This document shows positions 27,104 to 38,594 of a stretch of DNA of 64,000 nucleotides, in pieces. Below the pieces are notes generated by a model. The model did not search any database. It was given only the letters and a program-made list of their open reading frames with translations, and was not told the DNA's origin. The translations under genes and the position numbers were made by a program. Where the stretch lies: contig JAQFVV010000004.1 of NCBI GenBank assembly GCA_028023455.1, positions 12,276,001 to 12,340,000 on the forward strand, given 5' to 3'. This DNA is from Epiperipatus broadwayi. Its lineage: Eukaryota; Animalia; Onychophora. Within the stretch, counting starts at the first letter, position 1. Each line of letters begins with the position of its first letter.

Positions 27104-28025
27104 TATAAGGGACCTGCACTCAGAGTTTCAAACTCACCACACCTACTTAATACATCTTATACAACTGATACATATGATGACATACATGTGAGAAAAATAA
27201 ATTATCTCCAATATATGTATTTTATACTGAACCAGCACTCATCAGTTGGTCCATATCACCACCTCCAACATATATATATATATAATCACTGCTCAGATTA
27301 TATTAAGATAAAAAATCTTCAAACTTTATTGAACAAGCTTCAATATCTTTTCTTTGTTATCCAACTCTTCAGCCATCCATATCATTAAAAATCTGTGGAG
27401 GAAGTGCTCAAAGCCCTTGATGATGCCAATATTATTGTCATACCCATGTTGATCTTAAGTCAGTCTGACCCCTCACACATAAAACCTTAATATGTCCATC
27501 ACATGTATGTGATCATATGTATCAGTTGTATAACATGGATTGGATAAGTGTGGGGAGTTTAAAAGTCTGAGTTCAAGTCCTTTATAATTACAATAAGTTT
27601 GGTATAAAATATACATGTATTTAAATATTACATATTCAGCCTGTATTCTGCCCATCCCTTATCAATATGGGTATGACAATACTATTGGCATTATCAAGGA
27701 CTTTCAGCATTTCATCAGATTTTCAATGATGAAGAGTTGGAGAATGGATGTCCATTAAAGTTTAAATATTTGCTATCTTAATACGAACTGAGCAGTGATT
27801 ATATATGTGTGTTGGAGATAGTAATTTGAACCAACTGATGAGTGCTGGTTCATTTCAAAATACATAAATTAGAGATCATTTATCTTTTTCACATGTATGT
27901 AAACATGTGTATCAGTTGTATAAGATGGATTATATAGGTGTGAGAGTTTGAAAGCATGAGTTCAAGTCCCTTATAATTACATTAAGTATGGTACAGAAAA
28001 TGTACATGTATTTAAATATTACATT
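27104..28025. repeat. HHR repeat family A cluster: inverted copy plus head-to-tail tandem
   Basis: Minus-sense copy 27104-27470 (HHR 27208-27249), then plus-sense partial copy 27500-27658 and full copy 27660-28025 (decayed HHR 27831-27872). The anchor GAGTTCAAGTCC recurs at 27569 and 27958. Confidence 0.9.
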
Positions 28026-28835
28026 CCTTTTAAGAAAAAAAAATATATTGCTTCTACTCCAGCTTCTGGTCACTAGTCGTAAGTTGGAGTAATTAAACTA
28101 TGCCAGACATCAGGATTTAACAAACCCTTGTCAAGTACTTTCTATCAATATTCCCAAAATATATTCACTTTATAGCTTTCATTACTAAAGAGTCTTTGAA
28201 TTGTTTCTAATATATGGAATTTTTTGAAGTTGATGCAACAATCCTTGCATAGCTTTATGGATCTGATGCCAACTAATTATCTATATATTCTAATGTCCTC
28301 ATTTTGAATAGATTCAAAATATTAAGATATTTTTTTGAATTTCAAGTAGATAGCTTGATGAGTAAACCATGAGTGCTTTATGAAAGCTGCCTTAGATTCA
28401 AACAATTCAGATACAACTCTCATAATCTACAAACTATTGTAGGTATAAAGATAGGACAGCATTTGATAGGTTTAAGTAAGCACCATTATCTGCCTTCTAA
28501 ATTTACACAAGACACCAAAACTGTAGTAGGAGCAATAGATTTTCTATTTAAAAGTAACATGTAGTTAGAGGTCATTAAAATTTGTTTGTGTTACAAATCA
28601 CTAAAACCATTAAACAAATAAAATTTATCTTTTTTGTCTTGTTTTCGTTTGATAAAATTTTGTAATCTTTTTAATAAAATATACATTATTATATATATAT
28701 ATTTGAACCTAGAAAGTCAGGTAATAAAGATTTTTTTTAGATTTTACTCATTAATAGTATTTAGCAATTAAAGTTTATCTTAAATTATTAAACATGACAT
28801 ATTTATTCACATGTATAGTTGATTATAGTATAGTC

Positions 28836-29363
28836 CAGTGGTCTTCAACCTTTTCACACCTGCGGACTGGTAAAAATAAGGATAAGGTTCCGCGGACCAG
28901 CAAAAATAAGGATAACATTTCACAGATCGGCAGAAGTCTATAGATAAATTTTCTTAAAGATAAGCATAATTGTTATAACTGATCAAAACAACAATGTTAA
29001 ATATATAAGATAAAGTTTTATATATATGGAGTTTATATAATAAAAAACTTTTTTAAAATTTTTTTTAGAAAAGTAATAAAAAATTTAATTCTAGCCCCCC
29101 CCCCCCCATAAACATCTGTGATAACTAGAAAAACAAATTAATTTATGAATGATTGATTAGATTTTGTTTTCGTTCTGTTTTCTTTTTTTTTTTAATTGGG
29201 TAAAAATGAGATGAAAAAATAAATAAAAATTGGCTATATTAATTAAAAGTTTAAACTCTTATTATTTATTATTAAAACTTTTTACTGCCCGTCTAGCACG
29301 CGGACCTGCAGAAAAGTTCCACGGCCCGGCACCGGGCCGCGGACCACGGGTTGAAGAACATTG
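28836..29363. mobile_element. hAT (Charlie-like) MITE
   Basis: 15-bp TIRs CAGTGGTCTTCAACC / GGTTGAAGAACATTG (13/15), 8-bp flanks GTATAGTC / GTATAGCT as an imperfect TSD, CpG-rich subterminal GCGGACC repeats. Confidence 0.9.
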
Positions 29364-30447
29364 GTATAGCTACTTTTGTTCCATGACTACAATATGATTT
29401 GTATATAGAATTAAACAAATTATATATTTTTACAACTGGTTTAATATTTCAAACATAACGATTTTAAGTATTAATAATATAATAAAAAAATATATGAAAA
29501 TATTAGAAATAAAGTGTATAAAAATATTAGCATTTGGCCTTGTAAAAACTTCATTCTATTGTGTATGATTTAAATGTTAATAACCCATAATGGTTTTTAT
29601 TTTCTTCTTATTGTTATGATATTTACATTATTTTTATTTTCAAAAGTTTACAATATCTTAAAGTAAAAAATTATTAGAAAAATCAGATTTATTTTATAAG
29701 GCTTTCATTTGATTAACTTATATTGGTTTTATATTACAGATTTCTAAGGTTTCATTTTATTAATTTTTAATTTCCACATTAAACTTTACTTTTTCTAATT
29801 TATATATATATAAATTCAATCTCGTTATTATCTCTTAGTTTTAGCAAATATATGTAAGTGTGTGGTGTGTGTGCAAGCGTGTAATAAATTAATAAATGCA
29901 TTTGATAATTATAACTAATCATATTTTTCAGATTTATGTTATAGCTCCTCCAATCTTGTAGCCAATATTAAAATACCACTTAGTTTAAAATCCTGTCATA
30001 ACAATCCTTTTAACCATATGTGCATTTCGCAAATAACCCTTATTCATCAGGAGAACTAGATACTTGAAACACAAAAAAAATACACAGAAATGGTACTCAA
30101 ACTTTTTTTTGGTCTGTATTAATTACAACCAATTTTAATTTGGAGATTAAATGTTTAAGTAATTATTCGTTTTACATGAGAAACGTTTAACCATTAAATA
30201 TTCAACATTCATAATTCTGAATATATGATAATAATTAATATTCACTTATAAGGAATATGTACTTTATACATATTTGTAATACTGAGCAATAATTTTAAGA
30301 TTTCTTACAAACTTCAAGGGGTATATAACAATCTGAAAAACGTAATTTCTTATAAATATATATTAAGGCATTTGTCTATTACAGACATTTTTTTTATAAT
30401 ATCACATTATAATTATAAATTTATTAAACGCACATTGATTACGTAAG

Positions 30448-30492
30448 TAATATTTACTGAGGCTATAACCTCAGTAGCCTCAGTAAATATTA
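30448..30492. repeat. Perfect 18-bp hairpin
   Basis: TAATATTTACTGAGGCTA - taacctcag - TAGCCTCAGTAAATATTA. Confidence 0.9.
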
Positions 30493-31384
30493 TATACATT
30501 ATAATGTGGATATTAATTATTTTCACTTATTAAGAAATATAAATATTGACGAGTAAATTGGTTAAATACCTTATATCTTAACAACTAATTACAAAATCTT
30601 CCTAATTAAAATGGTTGTATTTAAAATATATAAATAGACAAAATTCAGCTGTTTCAAGTCTCTAGCTTATATGATAATTTAAGAATGCTTGTGAAATTTA
30701 TATATATATTAAAATAAATTGGCTGGAAAATACTCTGATCGCTATTTTAATAATTATTATAGATATATAGAAAAGTACATCATAAATCTAAAAGATTTGA
30801 TCGACCACAAATATTTATTAGCCACATTAATCAACTTATAAAATATATATCCCCACTTATTACAAAAAATGAAAATTGAACAATTAATGGATTAAATATA
30901 TATGTGAATAATATTTAAAAAGATATCTCCAAACTCAAATTGCTTATAACTGAGATATATAAATGGAAAAGTTAATTATCGATTCTTTGTGGAGGTTCAA
31001 ACATTTCACGTTTATAGCTTAACTGACAATAAGGGTTATTAAGAAATGGATTCTAGTGATAGTGATTGGTCTGGAAGATTTCGTAGCAAATGATAAATTA
31101 CAATTTGATACAAACTTGAAAGAATGTATTGCAAATCTGAAAAAATTGGTGGCGTAGACACATTTATCAATTTATTGCGTTATATTTCGGTTTCACACGG
31201 TATTATAATAAGGATATTAATTAAATGAAAAAGAAATAATTAATATATATATAATACTTTATATGTTTAGAATCAGTTGCGATTTCAAAAGAGATATTGA
31301 TTGTAATTAAGTTATATATATATAGAAAAGTGTGATTAGCCTTTCTGTGTGGATGTTTAGACATTTCAAGTCTGTAATCTGCAG

Positions 31385-31430
31385 CTCATCTGCCAAATGA
31401 GGGTTGCTCATGAAATATAAGTATAATGAG
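31385..31430 (+). ncRNA. Degenerate type I hammerhead motif
   Basis: CUCAU CUGCCAA AUGAG-gguug-CUCAU GAAA uauaagua UA AUGAG: stems I and II are perfect 5 bp; the core has A6C and G8A. Confidence 0.5.
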
Positions 31431-31792
31431 AAAATTCTGGAAAGATTTTATGTTGAGTGATAGTTTATTTAAAGTTTATTAAATGCCTGAATAAGTGTTA
31501 TAAATCTGAAAGATATATATAAAGATGCAATGCTTTATATATATATAAATCATTGCACATTTATTGTTAAAAGGAGATTGCCTTGATAACAGTTTAAAAT
31601 TGTTGATTGTTATTGGGATTATCTAAGTGTTAACTGGTTTTTAATGATATATATATATGTGTGTATACACATACCTAAATATGTATGCCTATAGGTCCCA
31701 AATAAATATTTTAACAACTGTAATCGCAGACGAAAATGGATCAACTCTCTATTCTCTCCCAACTGATTATTATAAAAATTGTACATACAAAC

Positions 31793-32585
31793 CACAAAAA
31801 TGATGGAATGAAATTTACAATAAACTATCACCACCTAACTGATAAATACATATATAAATCACAAAGCAACCAGCTAGACATGATACGGCTTATCAATAAA
31901 TATATCCATAACCATAGCCATACCTATATTAGGTAAAGTCAGAAAACAGATCAAAGCACTTGCTATCCTCCCCCCCCTCTGACTTACGTAAAGGCCACAT
32001 ATGCAAATAATGTCAAGTAATGAGAACTTTAATAAACTTTTCTGCAGTTGTAGATTTCATTCTCTTATTTGTCATAGGTTCTATATACAAATTTTATAAA
32101 ATTAGAGATTAAAAAAAGTATATCAATCTATTTTCTAGCTTTACATTATATGTCTATGATCATAGTTGTTAAAAATTACTGATGGTTTGTAGATATATAT
32201 AGTCTTGTGTAGTGAGATTTTTATATGTATGACCAGTTAATTATTCGCATGTTCAGTTTTTATATATATTTAATAATATGATGATGATTGCAGATTGTTG
32301 GAAAGGTTTTTAAAATGATTTAATTATTAACCTACCTTCAAAATATTCCATTCCTAGCTGATTTATTATAGAATAATTACATTTTCAGCAATTGTAAATT
32401 TCATTCTATTATTTGTCATGCATAGGTGGCTTTTATAAAAGTAGAAAAGGGAGAGGATGTAAAATAATTAAGTTGCCAAATTTATTTTATGTCATGTGGT
32501 TATGGGTATTGTTATTGAAATATTTGTTGATGATCTGTGGTCATGTATGATTTATATGTATGACTAGTTAGCTATTGGCATTCTG
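31793..32585. repeat. Diverged about 345-bp tandem dimer with an upstream inverted copy
   Basis: ttgta(g/a)atttcattct.ttatttgtc at about 32050 and 32393; gattt..atatgtatgac.agtta at about 32218 and 32549. 31793-31930 is the reverse complement of the same unit. Confidence 0.6.
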
Positions 32586-32980
32586 ACTTTATAATGCAAA
32601 ACATTATAGAATTTTAATATAAAATAATTAGCAATGAAATTCAAGTTAATGAATACATATATTACAATGTGTTAACTTTCTTAACATTAAAGACTGATAT
32701 GCAAATATGGCATTAATAAAAAAAAAATCAGAAAATAAAAATTAAATATCTATCATGTATAATGGTCTGGAATTTAAGATTTAAAATATTCATAAAGACA
32801 GATGATAATCTACTCAAATGTATATTTTAAACAGGATTTTTTTAATTAAATTACGATTTTGAAGGTGTATTTTAAACTACATAACAATTTTACTTTTTAA
32901 ATCTCAATGTCAATCTAAATATATACATCATTTCATATTGCTTTACTTTTTAAATTATAAATAGTACGTATTTTACCATA

Positions 32981-33939
32981 TACACCTGAGTCTCATTTTA
33001 TGCAGTAGATAGGTTTCACAGAAAACCCGCATTCAAAAAAATCACCCAAAAATAGACTTAACTTACCTTGAAAAATGGGGGATAGGGTCTGTAATTTTCA
33101 GAAGTCGTATAAAAGCAAAGCAACAAAGAAAAATTACTTTAAAATTCGCATTAAAAAAATAAGCAAATAAAGTATGACTAATAAAAAATTTCAAATATTT
33201 GAAAAAAATTAATACAAGACAAACTTTTTTTATTAACTACAATATTTAATTTTATATTTTTCATACATATTTTAATCATTACCACTTGCGTTCGTTTGTA
33301 AACTGGAAAGAAATCAGATTCGATGTGATGTAGCTTCTCCTTAAACGAAGTCAAGAATCTCTCAGCAATTATGCCCAGAGAAACCTTTTAGCCACTTTAT
33401 TTTTATTCGTGATGTGATGTACAACTAGCGCCACTTTAAGTCTTATGCTGTGTTAATGGTTTTCTGTTTTTATATTTAAAAAATGAGATCGAAATCAAAA
33501 CAAAAAGATTATACATTATCATTAGAAAGATTATTTTTAGTTCTATAAAATCTTCATTTTTTATTTTAAAAATCTAAAAGATCATTTATTTCTGTTATAT
33601 ATAACAAAATATACGTTTTAAAATTTTAATTTTTTTTAATATTTTATGCGATATTTTTATATGTAAGTATAAATCTATTATTATTTATTCATTAATATAA
33701 ATAGGTTATTTACATAGAAGCTAAATACTGCTTCAGGCCATATTCACGTTAGCTGCTAATATAACGTTATATTTTTGAAATAAAAAAAAAGTATTTAAAG
33801 TGAAAATAAATTATTAATAATTTAAATGTTTTGATATCTAGTAAATATAGTGAAATATGAAAGATATTAAGAAGTAACATGAATCGCATAACTTCAAAAT
33901 TGCATTAAAATAATATGCATAAAACGAGACCCAGATGTA
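32981..33939 (+). mobile_element. Complete TA-flanked TIR MITE (pogo/Tigger-like), about 960 bp
   Basis: TACACCTGAGTCTCATTTTATGC ... GCATAAAACGAGACCCAGATGTA (20/23 including the TA TSD); no coding capacity; second copy at 1-769. Confidence 0.92.
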
Positions 33940-34002
33940 ATACTAAATCATCCATGCACTTTACTATTGTTATACAATGCTTCATTTATCATCCTCTATT
34001 AC

Positions 34003-34043
34003 AGTTTACAGTTTCGATTGCCCCATCAATCTTCTTCGGAACT
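34003..34043 (-). ncRNA. Minimal type I hammerhead-like motif
   Basis: AGUU CCGAAGA A GAUUG-augggg-CAAUC GAAA cug UA AACU: stem I 4 bp, stem II 5 bp, U4C core variant, extra A after A9. Confidence 0.65.
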
Positions 34044-34400
34044 TTTATATCTTCTAACTTCAAACTGTAAAAAAGGGTGGCAAATAAAGCATTGTGTAAC
34101 AGTAATAAAGCACATGGATGATTTAGTATTATATGGTATACATTTGGCAATGCAATAAGAAAGAGTAGTTATTATAGCATGTATTTTATTTCTCATTGTC
34201 ATAAAGTAATCTATTTCCAATATGGTACCATCAAAATTTTTATTTCTTAACTTAATCTTTAAGAAATAATCTGAAACATTAAAAATGATAGTAAAATTAT
34301 CAAAATTGAAATAAAAATTAAAACAAATACTTTTGTTCATATTAAAAAAAGTCATTGCTTGATTTTCAATTTTGTAAGTGATAATAATGTTACAACTTTC
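34003..34400 (-). mobile_element. Probable Penelope-like element 3' end
   Basis: ORF remnant FNFDNFTIIFNVSDYFLKIK resembles the GIY-YIG C-terminal F.F.N..IL segment, and the frame ends inside the hammerhead, as is typical for PLEs. Confidence 0.4.
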
Positions 34401-34749
34401 AGTCAAATTATTTTTTGATCATATGATCTTTGGATCAACTTAGTGTTTGATCATATGATTTTTTAAAAATCACTTTTCATTCAATGCAGTGATTTATTGG
34501 TTGACTTATTGTGATTGGCATTCCTGTGTCTTTTAATTGTTAGTTATTTGGATGTAAGTATTTTGTCAAAGCTAAAAATATTTTTTACTCTTTCCATTCT
34601 CAGAAAATCAGATCAGAATAATAATTATATATAACTTGCCTAGGCAAGTTGGGTATATTATGATATATCCAAATAGGAAGTCTATTAAAGAAGAGAGTGA
34701 AGTACTAAGCACTCTGAAGATGAGCTAAGAGCATGGCTGAAATAAAATA

Positions 34750-37250
34750 CAAAGACCACCATCACAGATATATCAGTAAAAATAACTTATATAAAGAAAG
34801 CTATGACCCAGGTCTTATGACATAGGCACTCAACCAGCAAACAACTATAAAAAATCGAGAAGAAAGCTCAACTTTCAGAAGAGAATATCAGAAAATTGGA
34901 GTACAATCAATCTGATATATCAAAAAGTGAGATTCCTAAAGAAATTCAGCAAGTGCAGCAAGAAATTCCAAACAATCTGATAGATCTCTTATGAGGATCA
35001 ATGATCAAAGAGTGTCAAATTAAAATTGAAGTAATTTGTTTGGTAAATACCCCCTCCATTATGATAAAAAACACATTTTGAAATTTTTTTTGCTTGCTTT
35101 ACAATTAAAGTACTGATGGAAAGAATAGTCAATAAATCATTCTCTCATATTAGAAGGTATATTCTTTCAGATATTGAGGAAGATTTGGAGACAACTGGAA
35201 TGGCCTTAACTAATAATAAATGAGTCAAACTGAAATCAAAATACTTATAGGTCAAGGTCCAGATCAGATCTCAATTGTTCAAACATTTATTCCATATCAT
35301 TTATGGATTAATGTAGAGATAATGATCAGCTCTGATGTCATGTGCAAAAACCAGTGCAATATTGATTACAAAATTCATAAAATAGTTTGTACATCAAAGA
35401 GCAAGTTTAATTTTTTTTCTGAGGAACTTTGTATTTCTAGATAAACATCCTGCATAGGATATGATCAATCCTAGTGAAATTATATCCAAGACTGACAAAT
35501 GTTAATGTATAAACAAAAAAAAACATTGTCTATTAATTTCAGTAGATAGTATATAATGCTTTAATACATTTTCAACTCATCCAAGGGTACTAAAGCAATA
35601 TATGCATTGTATAAGAAAAAAGATAGTATATCTGTACAAAAAAGTCATAGAGCAAACCTTATCAATATAGAACTGAAGCTAAAAAGTAAATAAATTGAGA
35701 AAGTTGAGAATTATACAGAAATGTTCATCCCCTTATAATAATCACTTTACAGTAAAAAAAATAATTTTGTCAAGGTATGTTTAGATGCAAAGAATTTAAA
35801 TAATATAATCATACTTGACACAAAACTCTCTCCCAACATGAATAAATTATTAATCAGATTCAAAATCAGAAAAATATTCACCAGTTTGACTTAGGATTCA
35901 ATAAATAACAAATTACTTAAACATTAAGATTAGGAATATAATGTTTTTCATGATAGTGGTATTCTTATCATTTTAAGAGGATGCTTTAAGTTTAATCAAT
36001 AATAGTGTTGAATTATTAAAATATTTAGGTCAAACCTTATCCCTACTATCAATAAATTTATTACAATATATGTGGATGATAGCATCTAAAAATATTAAAA
36101 AAATAGATGAAACATTTGGAACTATTTATCAAGAAAATTAATGGGTGATAAATGAAAAGATAGTGTTCTTAGAAAATATTTTGGTTCCAATAATAAAAGA
36201 AATATTTATTGCACTTCTATAAACAATAGGTGATTAATGCTTAGAGGGAAAGCAAGACCAAGGTTAATGTGTTATGTAATGACGATTATGATACAAAAAA
36301 ATCTAATGTGTTATGTAATGATCATTATAATAAAAAATATCACTTATAAAATGATAATAATTAAAAGAAAAAAAAAACATTTGTACACTTGTAATAAAAG
36401 ATCAAAAATTATTATAAAAGTCGATACAATTAAAAGAAATTATAGATTCGAAGTAAAAAAAATGATAGAAATAAAACATTGGAAAGAAAATAGTGTAGTA
36501 CTGATGAAGACATGGTTTAAACATTTTAAAAAAATAATTTATAATTGGAAATCCTGAGTTGATGAGAATTAATTTTAATTAGATTATGTTTTTAATTCAA
36601 AGCAAATTTTATATATGTATTTGTTTTTATGGAATAAAAAACTGACATTTTAGGAATATTAACTACAAAATAAAGTTAATATACATTTATATCATAGTTT
36701 AGTCTGTTAGGATTGGAACTTCGATTATTTTTCAAATAAAAACAGAGTCATTGACATTTTAAAAACAGTTAAAAAGATATATTGATACTTTTTGGATAAA
36801 AAAATATAATAGTATTAGAGTGAACTATAAAATAGGTGTAAATAGAAGATAACTGTTTCTAAATAAATATTTAAATAATTTAATAATAAAGACAGTAAAA
36901 TGAATTAAATAAATATGTTTACCAATAAACTAGTCTTAGGTTTAATAATAAAAGGATAAAGAAAATGGTACGAAAAACATGAAAAATGTCAATTTCATAA
37001 AAGGAAAAATTAAATCAGGCTTAGCAATCAAGATTGAGATGAAACATATAAATCTAATTGAAATATTAATTGGAAAAAATGTAAATATATCTAAAAATTG
37101 TAAAGCAATGTACACTTAATTTGTATAATAAAAAAAAAGTTTGATAAAAATCGAAGATGGTAAAATGATGAGAAAGTGGTAAATATATATATAGCTTAAT
37201 GCATATGCAAATTAAATGGAAGTAAGCTACTTTTCCAAGAGGTATGGATA
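34750..37250 (+). mobile_element. Ty3/gypsy LTR-retrotransposon internal remnant (protease, RT, integrase trace)
   Basis: ICLVNTPS (decayed DTG, 35031), SSPYNN (35725), VKVCLDAKNLN (35769), PNMNKLLIRF, YHFKRM, IYVDD (36069-36080), KCQFHK (about 36985). LTRs not identified. Confidence 0.85.
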
Positions 37251-37681
37251 AATGCCAATAACATTAATAAATGTAAGATAGATGGTTCACCTATTTCTCA
37301 TATTTATTGATGGTTAATGTTGTTTATTCATAGCTCTTGGAAATGTATTTTCTATTTAATTTACATATATAATTACACATAAAAAAAAGAGAAGTTGAGT
37401 TATTCCATGTGTTTATGTTAACGCTCACATGAAGAGCAAAAGCATGCATAATGAGAGATGGTGATCTGACTTTCTGTGCTAGTGGATGATTGTGATATGG
37501 TGTTGAGATGATGAATGCCTGATAAAAACTAAAAAATAAATTTTGAAATTATGAATTTACAGTGCAATGATTGTTCTCCTTTACAAAAGTTAAAATTGTA
37601 TAAAAATACCAAACATTATGTGAGATAATTTAGCATTCTCAACAATGTCAAAGAGATTCAGAAGTTGATACCTTATAATAG

Positions 37682-37867
37682 CACATTCCACTCTTTTTAC
37701 ACTTTAAAGCAAAATATTTATTAATATTACAGTTTCGACTGTTCCTAGCAGTCTTTGTCAGATCTTATTATCTACTAAAATTCTCACTTTTCCACCACTG
37801 CTAGGAACAGTCGAAACTGTAATATTAATAAATATTTTGCTTTAAAGTGAAAAAAGAGTGGAATGTG
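37682..37867. repeat. 71-bp-arm fold-back with a hammerhead-like motif (minus, 37724-37765)
   Basis: Arms 37682-37752 and 37797-37867. Minus strand AGAU CUGACAA A GACUG-cuaggaa-CAGUC GAAA cug UA AUAU; G8A fits CpG decay of CTGACGA. Confidence 0.85.
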
Positions 37868-38594
37868 GTTATTATAAGTTATATATTAGAAAAGAAAAAA
37901 TAAAGAAGGAAAGAGGAAGAGAAACTATTGAAGTTGATACCTTTATAAAAATAACAAATATATTAACTTTAACTGAGGATTAAAGTTATATCTGGACTAG
38001 GGATAGCCTCTCATTTAAAGAATGGATTAGTAATAGTCATTTATGTATTGTCTGAGATAGAAGATATCAAAGATACGAATACAAAAGTTTGACATTTGTC
38101 AATCAAAATGTAGCAATTTGATATAAATAAATAATAAATGAATGATGAAGATATGTAAAATGTTATGATATGGTCCAACTAACAAAGGTTCACCCAGCAT
38201 AAAATGCTCCTTGAGAGAAGGGATCATTCATTTATTTTAAACTTGTCTTTAATCACATATTTTAAGAATTTGTGACCATTTTAAATATGTTTAAAAAAAT
38301 ATTACAAATGGAGAACAGAAGAAGTAGAGTTATTCCACATGTTTATTTAAGCTTATCCAAAGAGAAAATGATTATTTTCAAATGCATCTATAGTGAAAGA
38401 GGATAATTGAACTTTCTGCACTGGTGAATGGTAACAATAAGATGGACTTGAGATGACCCAACAATATATATATATATTGATGTAAAATAATACTCATACA
38501 GAGTTTAAAATTTTAACAATATTTATTGTCCCAAGTATAGTTTCAACATTTTCACATCATATTCATGGTCAGTCTGCTGAGATATTTAGATATA

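Noticed and set aside
28050-28600. Possible NeSL/R4-like LINE fragment (YSFGV peptide)
   Set aside because: Only one short motif; too degenerate to support.
30020-30052. Minus-strand CUGAUGA...GAAA UGCA motif
   Set aside because: Stem II is incomplete and there is no stem I or UH; could be a deleted relic but not supportable.
37390-38460. Two diverged direct repeats (about 37390-37520 and 38310-38460) as gypsy LTRs or hammerheads
   Set aside because: Both lie on the same side of the pol remnant, there are no TG...CA ends, and the ribozyme resemblance is limited to GCA-GAAAG.
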